This document shows positions 44,948 to 57,697 of a stretch of 64,000 bases of DNA, piece after piece; position 1 is the first letter of the stretch, and each line of letters begins with the position of its first letter. A program made the position numbers and the translations under genes. The notes beneath the pieces are model-generated. The model saw only the letters and a program-made list of their open reading frames with translations, did not search any database and was not told the DNA's origin. Origin of the DNA: Chrysomallon squamiferum. Its lineage: Eukaryota; Animalia; Mollusca. The DNA is taken from the NCBI GenBank assembly GCA_012295275.1, contig CM022666.1:14136001-14200000 (forward strand), read 5' to 3'.

Positions 44948-45909
44948 TACTAAGACAGAAATTACGAAAGATACGTATTTAAAAAGCGAGACAAACACAC
45001 AAATAGTTTAACATAGAAAGAGAGAGAAATAACAAGTCATATATCAAAATGTTTTATTACACTTTTCATTCACATCAATTTCAAGCGCTGGATTTGAACA
45101 CATTAAGGATTTCGCTGACAAACTCTACGACGCCGTGTACCTGAGAGCTCATCAGCTTGGAAAGGTTCTGAAGTTTGTTGTAGACGAGTTCAAACACGTT
45201 TCGGACAAAGTCACCAAATCTGTTCTTCATCCAGAAAAAGCTGTACACAACTTCGATGCCATTGTTGGTAAATACGACACAAATAACAGAGTGGCAGTCC
45301 TCCTGTTTCATAATAGACGTCATATACTTATTATATTTTGCTTATAGTAGACATATTTGTTTATAAGAATGTATTAAGAACATAACAAATTGTGATGAAT
45401 CTAGTTCTGTAATAGGAGTGATGTTATTTGTTGCATTTTGCTTATATTAATATTATTGAAGAACATGATATTTTTCTGACTACTTGATATTTAGAAGATA
45501 TATATTGCATATGTAGGTATGTTTGTGTCTATACGCGCGCGCGCGCTTGTGTGTGTGTGTGTGTGTGTGTAAGTAAATGTATAAATATATAAAACAAGAA
45601 GAATTATTTATACCTACCGTTTATTTAAAAGTTTGTAAAATGTTATGCTACCTTTTTTTTTTGTCTTTGCTTTATAGTCAGCATGATCTCTCTTTTTTTT
45701 TTTCTTTTTGTTTTTTTTCTTCCCTTCTTCTTCTTACTACTACTACTACAACAACTACTTCTGCGGCTGCTACAAGTATTACTGTGCATCCATTCTTCAT
45801 CTATCAGTGTTACTACTACTTCCGTTACTGCAACTACTACTACCACTGTTTCTGCTATAACAACTACTGTTCATCATCATCATCATCATAATCATCATTA
45901 TCATTATTA

Positions 45910-45950
<41 letters not shown>

Positions 45951-46621
45951 TCAGCTCAGCATCTGATAACGAGTCAGAAGGTCATGAAGTACTTGAGACT
46001 GGATCTGCAGGAACTGCGCACTGCAGTCAAGGACCACGCAGGTTTTGATGACGTACTTCACACAGTTGAAAACGTGTTCAACACAGTGTTCCGCCATTTG
46101 CAAAAGGTTTGTAGTTTTAAACTACTGTTAATGTTTTAGTTTCCACGTCGATCCTAAAGACTTAATCATATATGTTATTTATTTGTTTGTTTGTTTATTT
46201 ATTTAGTAAAATCATGCTAAGCTTTGTAGTTACTTGTTTATGTCAGTACTGATTTGATGGTTAACATTTTCAAGATTTCTTGGTTGTGTCGTCTTCTGTT
46301 CTTTGTCTGTTATTTACTTCAATACAGGGATGATTTTGTCATTATTATCAGCCTGATCATTCATCATCGTCATTACATCATTAATCATCATCATCATCAC
46401 ATCATTTATCACTCTGTCAACGTCAACATTATGCTTCATCTCCACATTCGCCTTCCATTCCTTTTTCTTTCGTTCTGTCCTTTTCTTTTTTTTTTCTTTT
46501 CTTCTTTCTACATTTTTTAAAACTTTTATTTATCTGATACAATTTCAAATTTTTGTGTATGTTTCAGGTGATTTTCGAGGAAGGCGAATCTCTTAAGAAA
46601 TCAGTTCTGAAGCGAATCTAA
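41247..46621 (+). CDS. Gene A: secreted amphipathic-helix polyprotein precursor (~296 aa, 9 coding exons)
   Basis: Phase-consistent GT-AG exons: 41247-41304 (signal MKTSLIICLCLVSAWGSSS), 41662-41701 (AHSVSLHKDELQAK), 42305-42456 (RSFIDDLLAPVKQGFKQTQEQLTPYLHTLGHQLLNQTKSLGKQALAQSIT), 43347-43398 (AMISNAISKLFHRGRSIK), 43808-43955 (PGLVQTVKDIEQGFEKTDEELKPYLHQVEKSFLVQTKE/LDNASREIVH; 1-nt deficit near 43920), 44572-44623 (DLTTEVVKSMSDLTGRFG), 45086-45267 (AGFEHIKDFADKLYDAVYLRAHQLGKVLKFVVDEF...NFDAIV), 45955-46106 (AQHLITSQ...VFRHLQK), 46568-46621 (VIFEEGESLKKSVLKRI*). AATAAA at 46661. Confidence 0.8.
41714..42285. repeat. (ACT)n/(TTA)n/(TTG)n low-complexity tract in gene A intron 2
   Basis: Trinucleotide runs. 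They explain the spurious N-terminal half of ORF 41604-43046. Confidence 0.9.
42427..42999 (+). repeat. 30-bp minisatellite, 19 units (consensus GGTAAACAGGCTCTAACTCAGAACATTACA), spanning the exon 3/intron junction of gene A
   Basis: ttacaggtaa recurs every 30 nt from 42451 to 42991. The array translates in frame as (GKQALTQNIT)n. Confidence 0.97.
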
Positions 46622-46660
46622 CGTTCTCGAGTTCAAATCTCCTGATAGGATGTTACGTGA

Positions 46661-46666
46661 AATAAA
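46661..46666 (+). terminator. Polyadenylation signal of gene A
   Basis: AATAAA 40 nt after the stop codon, followed by a GT-rich tract. Confidence 0.65.
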
Positions 46667-47071
46667 GATTATATCACAAACTAGTGTTGTTTTTTTGTCT
46701 CACATTTCAACTCATTATATCGGATTACCAGATAGCCGATTAATTAGTATGTAAATTAATATAGCTGTCTCTGGAGTAGGTTTTGATTAATTGTGAATGA
46801 AATCCATTGTGGTTTCACTAAATTGTCTCTTTACATGAATCCATCCATCCATCCATTCATATGTACGTACATACATAGATACATACACACACATACATAA
46901 ATACACACACACACATACATACGTACATACATACATACATACCTGTATGTAATCAGCTATTATTCGATATTAACGTTTGCAAACAGTAAAGAACATTGAG
47001 ATGTCTTGCTTTATATTTATAACTATTTTTAACCGGAAATATAGCAAGAACAACAACAACAACAACATTTA

Positions 47072-47106
<35 letters not shown>

Positions 47107-47411
47107 GGCTATGAAATAGAAATTAACAAAATAACAACAATAAATAATAAAAATAACGTTCCACGTAGGTCTCATTTACAATTTCATGGCTGTATTTTAT
47201 TATTAGAAAACGATGGTATCCATCATAAAATAAAAGACTATTATATATATGCACCTATTATGTATGCACCTTCATACAGAAGAATATTCTTGCTAATATG
47301 GAACACTGGTTAGAATTGGAAATGTTTAAAAGGGGTCGCCAAGTACGACTGCTAAGTACGATCCCGGACTCCTCTAACTGAGCTGGAGAATAAAAGAGGA
47401 AATCCGTTCAC

Positions 47412-47545
<134 letters not shown>

Positions 47546-47677
47546 ACAGAAAAAAAGAGACAGACAGACAGTCAAAGAGAAAAAGTGTGCGTGAAGGAGC
47601 CATATTTTATTATTATTAACTCGATGATGATATAACACAAGATACATCTTTTTAAACTAAACTCCTATTTCCTTTTT

Positions 47678-47736
<59 letters not shown>

Positions 47737-48475
47737 ATATATATACATATATATATATAAACACTGTAAAGCACAGATTTGTCACGTTCTTATTTTAGTT
47801 GGTGAACGCACTGACATGACAGATAACACAATGATGATATTTGAAGTTAAAGCAAAAAGCGTGAGAAAAAACGAAAATAATAATAATAATAAAAAAATTA
47901 AAAAACGAAATTGCGTGTCATTGCCTTCTTTGACATTAATATAATCACGATCTAATTTGCATATTTCCATAACTTCATTGAAATAATATATTTAATCGAA
48001 ACAAGCAAACAATATTTTCAAAATCCAGTGAACGATGAAATAAAATTAATAAGAAAAGTCAATTAATGTATTATTATTATTATTATTGTTGTTGTTGTTG
48101 TTGTTGTTGTTGTTATTACTATTGTTGTTGCTGTTATTATAACTATTTTTGTTTTTGTTATTACTATTATTGTTGTAGTTATTATTTTTATTATTGTTGT
48201 TGTTGTTGTTATTTTTTGTTGTTGTTATTATTATTAATATACTTTTTTCATACTAAATGTATTCAAATGGGTTTTACAATGTAAAAGTAATAAACTTAAG
48301 ATGTGATGTTGTTGTTTTTCATTACTGTTATTACTATTATGATTAATCTTTTCTATCATTAAAATAATTTTATAATTGTTACTGGTTCTGTTGCGCTTCT
48401 TTCTTTTCCTCTAATTCATAGTTTCTAATTATTCTTGTTGTTCTTCTTATTTTTGTTCCTCCTCCTCTTCTTCTC

Positions 48476-48506
<31 letters not shown>

Positions 48507-48529
48507 TTATTATTATTATTGCTATTGTT

Positions 48530-48595
<66 letters not shown>

Positions 48596-48679
48596 GTTGT
48601 TGTTAATTTCTAGCAACATCTACATCGAAAAAGACTAAAATGACACAATTAAAATTACGTTATGAACTGTTTTCTCTTT

Positions 48680-48744
<65 letters not shown>

Positions 48745-48878
48745 AATTATTATTTTTAAACGAAAACGTGCTTGTTTTTTTAAAACCGATAACCCCAATG
48801 TAACATGCACTCGTGTACAAATAGGTCTACGGTAGATAAAAACATGTTTTTTCTCATATATTGCGTGATGAAATAGAC

Positions 48879-48949
48879 AGATAAGATTTTGCAGTCGTTG
48901 TATAAATACCCCGACTTGTCTCCCTTCCCATCACTCAGCTTTTCTGAAG
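48879..48949 (+). promoter_or_regulatory. Core promoter and short non-coding first exon of gene B
   Basis: AGATAA (GATA) at 48834 and 48879, TATAAATA at 48901, an Inr-like TCACTC about 30 nt downstream (48931), and donor GAAG|GTAAGT at 48949/48950. It splices to the acceptor at 49578, 13 nt before the ATG. Confidence 0.7.
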
Positions 48950-49399
48950 GTAAGTGAAGAAATCGGTGGAAAAAGAAATTTAAGTCGTGTAACAGTGAAT
49001 AACGAGATATTAGATGAATTAGTGCTATCAGAATTTGAGAAAATTAATATTAGCAGAGCACTAGTTAATATTAGAATTCAGAAAGTTAATATTATAAGAG
49101 GTAAGAATATTAATTTTATAAGAATTGAACAAAAAGAAGAATTGATTATTACAAGAAATGTTAAAATTAATTTTATAAGAACTGAGAAAATTAATATTAG
49201 AACTCAAAAAATATTATTATGAAATCAGAAAAAAAGAGGAAAAGTTAATAACAAAATAATGAGAATTGAGAACATTGATGTTATTAGAACTAAAACCAAT
49301 AAATACTGCAGAAATTAAAAAAAAATTAAGATTATCAGAACTGAATAATTAACATTACTAAAAATAAGAAATTTATTATTTTCTGAAAGCTAACATAAC

Positions 49400-49455
<56 letters not shown>

Positions 49456-49591
49456 TAATCACGTCATTTCATTCAAATTAAATACACTATCTTGGGCAGA
49501 AAATCCTGGTTCCTTTATTATTAACACAGGCGTGCTTGTATTTCACATCTAAATCGATAACTGTTTTTCCCGTTCCAGTCACTGAAGCATC

Positions 49592-50141
49592 ATGAAGTTT
49601 ATGGTTCTGCTTGTCTGCGTTGCCCTGTTGGGCGGAGCTAACGCCAGCATCGGCGACTTCTTCCACACCATCGGAGCAAAACTGCAGAGCGCCTTGACCC
49701 CTGTCGTCAGTGTCCTTGACACCACCGTGACCTCAGTCCTGAAAAACGCCGTAAACACCGGAAAGAACCTGCTGAGTCAGACGCTGCAAGGTAAAACGTT
49801 GCTCAGCGACAACGACGACGTCAGTCATTGCTGTCGTTAATTTCACAATACAGCGCCATTGTGTAACCACAACAGTGACATGATTAAAACCATACAAGTT
49901 TAAAAACAAAACCACAGCTGTAACGATACAACCGTTAAAACAACAACAAACATAACGAACAATGAAGGCGACAGTGAAAGTTAGCATCGCCAGCACAACG
50001 ACATTGCCAAAACCAAAACAGAGAAGCAGCGAGAGAAAATAAAATGTTTATGTAATTGACGATGACAACGTTAATGACGATAATGATGCTGAAAAGATAA
50101 TAAAATGTTTAAAACGAAACAAACAAAAATTAAACTGGTAG

Positions 50142-50176
<35 letters not shown>

Positions 50177-50199
50177 TATTATTATTATAATTATTATTA

Positions 50200-50239
<40 letters not shown>

Positions 50240-51463
50240 AGTTTGTTTTTATATTTGTTTGTTTGTTTATCAGTGTTTTGTGTTTGTTTACTTATTTTCA
50301 GCTCTTATGTTGAATATCGGAAATGCTGCCCAGAAAAGTCAGAGAGATCTTAGGTAATTTTATACAGCAACAATTACAGCTACAACAACAACATCGACAA
50401 CAACAACTACAACAACAACAACAAGTACTACTATACCGTAGAGTAACAACAACTTCAAACTACTATAGCTACTACCACTACAATACCTACAATAACAACA
50501 ATTGCAATTACTATTACCATTACTACTACTACTACTACTACCACTATTACTACCCCACTACCACTACTATTGCTACTACTGTTACTCTGCTACTTTTCTT
50601 CTGCTACTACTACAACTACAACTACAATTACCCTTAAATTTTGAACAGCTTCTAAAATGAAAACACTGTATTGATTCTGATAATTTCTCATAAAAACAAA
50701 TAAAGACAAAATCTTTATATGTTACTTTATTAGATCGATTATGAAATTTTCCTATAAACGTTTTCTTTGGTTTTTTCTACAACAGCGGCATCTTCAACGT
50801 CATCCCTACCATTGAAAGCAAAGTCCACAGCATCATGGACAAAGGCGAAACTCTTTTCAAGGGCGTCCTCGGAAAACTGACCAGTGGACTGAAGAACGTC
50901 GTCGATGAGGTCAGCAAATTCGCCACCACCCCGGCAGCCGTCGTCCAGAAAGTAGACCAACTTGTTGGTAAGAAGAGATTAAAGATTTTTTTCTTTTTCG
51001 ACATATCTTCTTGTTCTTCTTGTTCTTTTTGTTCTTCTTGTTCTTCTTGTTTTTGTTCTTTTTGTTCTTGTTCTTCTTGTTCTTTTTGTTCTTCTTGTTC
51101 TTCTTGTTTTTGTTCTTCTTGTTCTTCTTGTTCTTGTTCTTTTTTCTTCTTTTCTTCTTGTTTTTCTTGTTCTTGTTTTTTGTTTTGTTGTTCTTCTTGT
51201 TTTGTTCTTTTGTTCTTGTTGTTCTTGTTCTTTAGTTCTTCTTGTTCTTGTTGTTGTGTTGTTGTTTTTTTTGTTTTGTGGTTTTTTTTGTTGTTGTTTT
51301 TTTTTTCTTACCACCATCATCATCTTCTTCTCCTTTCTATTCACGGTTTTCGAAATGTTTCTCTTCGTCTTCTTTCTTTTTTCTCCACATTCTTCGTCGA
51401 CTAGTTTGTTTGTTAGCTGTTTTATATTCCTTTCTCCCTATCTCATCGTTTTCTGTTTTACGT

Positions 51464-51499
<36 letters not shown>

Positions 51500-52169
51500 C
51501 CAAATAATAAAGCACAAAGTTAAAATAATCCGTTTACGAATTTAAATGTTTTTTTCTCTGTCAAGGCTCACACAACCTGCTCGTGGACGGAATCCTCGGC
51601 CACATGGTCAAGTCTATTGAGGGCGCTCTGTTCTCGCACAAGAGAAGCGGCTTCGGCGACATGCTCAGCGGCTTTGCCAGCACCATCAAGGACTTCTTCC
51701 AGCCCCACATCGACGCCGTCAAGAACGTAAGTGTTTTCGTTGTCACAGCAACAGTTTGAAACGGCTGATAGCGTACACACGTCTGAATGACGTGGATTCT
51801 GCAAGTCAGTAGAAAAGACAGAAATAATGGATAATATGATTTAATTACTGAAAGTTACCGATGCTAAGGATCGAACACAGTTACCTTCAACTGTTATGGA
51901 ATGAAAGCTGCACGAGTTTTAGCTGAAATATTTAAAAATCGAACCTATAGTAATTTTCGGCGTTTTATAAATTGCACGATTTACAACTAAAATATTGTTC
52001 TAAAATAAATATTTCTATGGATTAACATTAATATTTAATTAACTAAATAATGATCTTATGTATATGTTATATACGACTTGTCATTCATTTTATCGACAGA
52101 AATTGTGAACACTTTCCTATGCGTGAAAATTATAAGGACAAGGACAAAATAATTTTGTTTATGAGATTA

Positions 52170-52228
<59 letters not shown>

Positions 52229-53143
52229 ATAATCATTACTATCATCATCATCATTATCAACATCATAATTAATACTATTTTTATACGATAACGATGAAAA
52301 TGTATAGTGACAAAATCACCACCACCATCATCTATATCATCATCATCATTATCATCAACATTATCATTACCATTATCATCACCATCATCTCTAATCATTA
52401 CAATCTCCATTCTTCAGATGGCCACCACCGCTGGAAGCCTCATCAAAAACGCTGCCACCAGTCTTCTTAACGCTGGCAAAGAGTCACTTCACCAACTCGC
52501 CGGAAAACTCCAAGAGCACCTCGGAACTCTGAAGCAAGTCGGAACTCAGCTTCTGCAACACGGAACCAACGCCCTGAACGCCCTGAAAGCCGCCTCCACC
52601 GATATTCTGCGTGAGTCTTTTCAGATCGTTTTATTTTGAATGGTTCCTGTTTGTCTGGTTTTTAAGCCCGTTTGTTTGTTTCCTTTCTTTGTATTTAAAA
52701 CTGATGCTGTGGCAGTCGTAGTCGTAGTCGTTGCTGCTACGTATAGCAATGTTATGCTGCGTTAAATATAATTTCAGTTTAGATAAAAACAACAATATAG
52801 GTACGTTTAAATAAAGAGTTAAAATAGAAATAATTAAATAAAAAGTAAAAAAAAAAGAAAAAAAAAGAAAAAAAAGAAAGACTTACCGCACCAAAAAAAA
52901 AAAATAATAATAATAATAATAAAATAAAAAAAAAAAAATAAATAATAATAATAATAATAATAATAATTTCAAAATCCTGTAAATAATAATAAAATCCTGT
53001 AAGCACTAAGTTTTATAATATTAATTTTTTCAGAACAAACGGTTCAGAACATGAAGGAGCCCATCCAGACGGCCAAGGACACCCTGGCCAGTGCAGGCAG
53101 CACCATTGTCCAGCATGTAGCCCAGGCTCTGACTGGAAACTAA
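49592..53143 (+). CDS. Gene B: secreted amphipathic-helix precursor (298 aa, 6 coding exons, fully open)
   Basis: Exons: 49592-49790 (MKFMVLLVCVALLGGANA|SIGDFFHTIGAKLQSALTPVV...SQTLQ), 50302-50353 (ALMLNIGNAAQKSQRDLS), 50786-50967 (GIFNVIPTIESKVHSIMDKGETLFKGVLGKL...VDQLV), 51566-51726 (GSHNLLVDGILGHMVKSIEGALFSHKRSGFGDMLSGFASTIKDFFQPHIDAVKN), 52418-52610 (MATTAGSLIKNAATSLLNAGKESLHQLAGKL...TDIL), 53034-53143 (QQTVQNMKEPIQ...VAQALTGN*). The lengths sum to 897 nt with matching phases. AATAAA at 53169. Confidence 0.9.
51007..51260. repeat. (TTCTTGTTC)-type low-complexity tract in a gene B intron
   Basis: Degenerate TTC/TTG tandem array. Confidence 0.85.
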
Positions 53144-53168
53144 ACACAGCCGAGGGTTCCAACAGTTA

Positions 53169-53174
53169 AATAAA
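53169..53174 (+). terminator. Polyadenylation signal of gene B
   Basis: AATAAA 26 nt after the stop codon, followed by a T-rich downstream element. Confidence 0.65.
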
Positions 53175-54513
53175 GTATTTTTTGAAAAAATGTTACATCC
53201 TTGTTTTCCTTTACTTTTTATTATTTTTTATTTTATTATCGCTTGAACGCTAAGATCTTGGAAGCATATGGACGATGAACGTTGATTTTATATTTCCTGA
53301 AGTTTTGTAATTACAATCGTAATTGAATTTTACTTATATGAAGTTATGTTCAGTAGGAGTATATCGATAATTGTGGTTGCAGATCGAAAACTAAAGGTCT
53401 GTGGTTATTTTCTGATCAGGGAATTAAGCTAGACAGCGGTTCTAAGTATTCCAATGGGGAAAGAGCACAAATAGCAAAAAATAAATAATAATTAACGTAG
53501 ATTTTAGGATCATGTATTCGTTAGTTGTAGGACTTATCATTTTGTTTAATGTAAAGCAGTGATATAACATCTGGGAAGACAATCACCAAAACAGACGAAC
53601 AAATAAACTTACAAAGAAAAATGAAGCAACAGTAACAACAACAAAATAAATAAATGTTAAGTAAGTAAGTAAGTAAGTAAGTATTTCAATAAATAAGTAA
53701 ATAAATAAAAATTAATAAATAAATAAAACACACAAAACCATCAAAACAATCCCCCAACAAAACAACAAAGCAGCTGGATAGCTAATTATAGGAAGATAAA
53801 GATGAAGATGAAGACGGAGAAACGAGGAAAAAAAAGATGAAGATGATGATGAAAAAACTTCGAATTTTCCTGTCTTATTTTCTGTTTTTCTTTTTGTGAT
53901 ATGGACAGCTGCAAACATAAAAATTGTGATTATATGAATTACTAGGTTGGGGGGAATTTAATCATTTGTACTTAAAGAAGAAAGGTTTTTAATAGTCGGT
54001 CAATACATCCCTTTAAACCAGTTCTGTTACGCATTGTCGTGAACCAAAATCTGACGGGTTCTGATCTCTGTTCCAGTTAGACGTTCTGGAATGTTTCAGT
54101 GTGTCATAAAGTAGCAATCATATTTTTTTTTCTTTCAGAAATGGCGAATTCCCAACCTCAAAATGTTACGCTAATTCACAGTATGTTTAAAACCAGAATG
54201 AGATCAAATATCAGTTTATTTTGTTACGGGTATTTCTAAAAAAAAAAAAAAAAACGTAATTCAAAATTTGAAAATAAAGCGAAAAAGGGAATAGAAAAGA
54301 AAAATGACAACTGAACGTCAAGAAACCCCGAAAACGGTCGATTACGCTGATTGTTTAAATGGAACATTTGGACCTATTTTCTTTCACATTCTGCCTTTTG
54401 TTTAAAAAATAACCAGTATTTATAGTTTGATAGCCATTTGAAGTGCATTGGTCGCGCCTGATCCTTGAAAAATAAACCCTCAGGAGAGATAACTGTGTAT
54501 AGTCATCTGCAGA

Positions 54514-54544
<31 letters not shown>

Positions 54545-54862
54545 TTCACGGACGACAACTCTTACCCAGGCATGATCTAACGTTCATATATCAGGCCAAA
54601 AACAATATTTAATTCAGTTAAATCTCCTTGTGTTAAGGTCATATTGAATAGGTCATGCAAATTTGATAAAGATATATCTTGAAATAAGGCTTTTGTGACT
54701 TGAGATTCACTTATTTTTCCCCAGCTGATAATTATTATTCATTAAAAACAACAAAAGACTTTTCAAAATTTTAATAATTTGTAGAATTGGATTTTTAATT
54801 TACGTTTTACACATTGGAGTAACAATGTAGAGTTCACATGTGAGATTTTTACATTCTAAAGT

Positions 54863-55944
54863 TTACATTCTACAAAAACGTTCTAGCTCATTCTTCACGG
54901 CTGAGTACACTTTGTCCACCATAGCGTCCAGCCTGTGTACTGCTGACCCAACGTGACCTGAAATAAATCAGTGCACGGGTGAGCGAAGAAGGCTACGCTT
55001 GAGTGATTACGGGAGGGAAATAGTAGGTAATTTTAATAAGCGGGAAAGAAATAGGTGTCAAGATAGGAAATCAATTTTAAAGGAATTAAAATATGCATTT
55101 CTATATTAAGAATCAAATCAGTCAAATGATGATGATCATCAGTATCATCATGATGAATTATAGATAATTATTTATACTAGTACTATTAAAAGTACAATTA
55201 CTGCCATTAAAAAATACTATTACTGTTTCTACTAGCTCTAATACTTCTATTATAATTACTATTAGTATTACTACTACTATTATTACTAGTACTCTTGCTA
55301 CTACAACTATTATTACTACTATTATTGTTACTACTACTATTACTACTTTTACTACTATTACTTCTGTTACTATCACTACTACTACTACTACTACAACTAC
55401 TACTATAACTGCTATAAACGCAAATAAAACCGTTATTTACGCTGTTAAAAATATCTGTTATTGTAATTATTCAAGAATGAATTATACTGTATGAAAACAC
55501 TCAAATAACTAATATTCAGAAACTTTCTTTTTACCCACAAATCTCCCTCAAATATTCTGTAAAACAACCTTACCTCCTGCAGCTACACTGTTGAATTCAT
55601 GTTCAAAAGTTCCTCATATTGGTGAATCTTGGTTTTGACTTCGCTTGCTTCGGATACCAAATTGTGTAGAAAACTAAAACAGGAATAAAACAGAGTTATA
55701 CTGATATAAAATGCATAGCTCCAGTAATGAAATGTTCCTATGTACTATGCCATTTTGTGAGGGGAAAATAAAGGAAAACAAAATGATGGAACCTCGATAT
55801 ATCTCCATAGATTTATTATTGATAAATTTGTTATTAGGAAAGGTTAGGTGCCAGTTATAACTAATGTGTGTGTGCGTGCGTGTGTGCGTGTGTGTGCGTG
55901 TGTGTGTGTGTGTATATTTTTATGTATACATGTAAGATTATTGG

Positions 55945-56033
<89 letters not shown>

Positions 56034-56638
56034 ATATACATTATTTAATACAAACCCTAGATCACGTTTTCCAAACAGTTTACTGATCTGATTAGTAATC
56101 AGCGCTGAAAAATGTTTATATATATATATAATCGTATGTATGTATGTATGTATGTATGTATGTATGTATGTATGTATGTATATATGTATGTTTTAAGCTT
56201 CCATGAATCTACGTTCAACTAGCAATTTACAGAATAGCATCACTGTTAACCAAATGAGCTTAATTATTTCTTGTGATTAACACTAACTGTTATTATTAAA
56301 ATATCTTGAGGTGTTACATGAATTATTCATCAGTTCGCTCTTTCTCTTATTCGTATCAGGATTTTATTTGATCGATTCGTCCTTTCATTCGTCTGTGCCA
56401 TCCTCGATGGACGAAGTCTCTGACACTCACCAGTGATGCCCTGTCCCAGGCCGGCAATGGCGGTCTTCGTTGTGTCTTTCAGAAGCTGTTTGCCTAGCTG
56501 CTGTGTGTAGGGGACGACCTGGTTGAACGTCGCCTTGACGCCGTCGCCGATGGCTTTCAGGGGTTTGAGCAGATCGTCAAGAAAGGTCGCGTTTGCGCTG
56601 ACCAGCAAGCACGCTACGACAACGACCAACAGCTTCAT
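54863..56638 (-). CDS. Gene C: secreted amphipathic peptide precursor with GKR amidation/cleavage site (~150 aa, 4 coding exons)
   Basis: Exons: 56638-56431 (MKLLVVVVACLLVSANA|TFLDDLLKPLKAIGDGVKATFNQVVPYTQQLGKQLLKDTTKTAIAGLGQGIT), 56104-56056 (ALITNQISKLFGKRDLG), 55673-55574 (FLHNLVSEASEVKTKIHQYEELFEHEFNSVAAG; needs 1 extra T in the T-run near 55606), 54957-54863 (GHVGSAVHRLDAMVDKVYSAVKNELERFCRM*). Probable non-coding first exon ending at 57275 (aaag|gtaggt); acceptor at 56656. Confidence 0.82.
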
Positions 56639-57601
56639 GTTTCCTCTTCACGACGTCTGTAAAAGTGATAGTTTAAATAGTTTTAATTTGTTGTTTTTTG
56701 ATGATGATGATGATGATAATAATAATAATAATAGCAGTAACAATAACAAAAACAACAACAACAACAACAATAATAATAATAACAATAATAATAATAATAA
56801 TTATTATTATTATTATTAATAGGAGTAATAGTAGTAGCTATCAAAGTAGTGGTACTGATAGAAGTAACAGTGGTAGTAGAAGATATGTAAGTAGTAGTGG
56901 TTGTACTTATCGAAGTGGTGTTAGTAGTAGTGGTATAGAAAACGTTTAAATAGTAGTGGTGATAGTAGTAGTAGTGGTAGTAGCATTACAGTCATCAGCA
57001 ATAGTAGTAATACTAGTAGTTGCAGTAGCAGTATCAGTACTAGAATATTTAAGTTAAAGTTCGTAACCCTACAGCAAAGTTTTCATTCATTTTAATTTAA
57101 AATTTAATCAGCTTATTTTTAAATGATACAAAACTGGCTTATTCCAATAATTTGAAAACATGAATGGAAACTTTCAAACTTATAATCTTGTAATGTTTCG
57201 TTTTCTATGAATAATGTCAACCATTCTAAATATAAACATTCTGAAATAAATATGTCCGCGCCTGTGTTACCTACCTTTGAGTTAATGACAGGACAGAAAA
57301 AACTGGAGGCGTAGAAAGAAGAAAAAAAACGTGAGTTGTATAAAATAAGGTGAAATGGTGTGAAATCGTGCAGGAAACAGATGTTAATCTAAAAAGGTGT
57401 GTTCTGATAAGAAACTATTCCGCCGGAGTGATACAGATTTAATATAAACTAAATAAGTAATGTAATATATATAGGTGTGGATATATATATATATATATAT
57501 ACACACTATACAAAAAACAAAACAAAAATATAAACAATAAAAAACAGCAACAACAATAACAACTATAAACTCATGAAACTGAAGAGGAAAACAAGGAAAA
57601 A

Positions 57602-57697
<96 letters not shown>

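Noticed and set aside
47330-47400. tRNA-like A/B-box fragments (agctcagttag... gggatcg on the minus strand)
   Set aside because: No cloverleaf can be formed; at most it is a decayed SINE remnant.
48995-49380. 75-aa ORF (MNNEILDEL...) upstream of gene B
   Set aside because: It lies in intron 1 of gene B and consists of degenerate ~20-bp attaatattagaa repeats.
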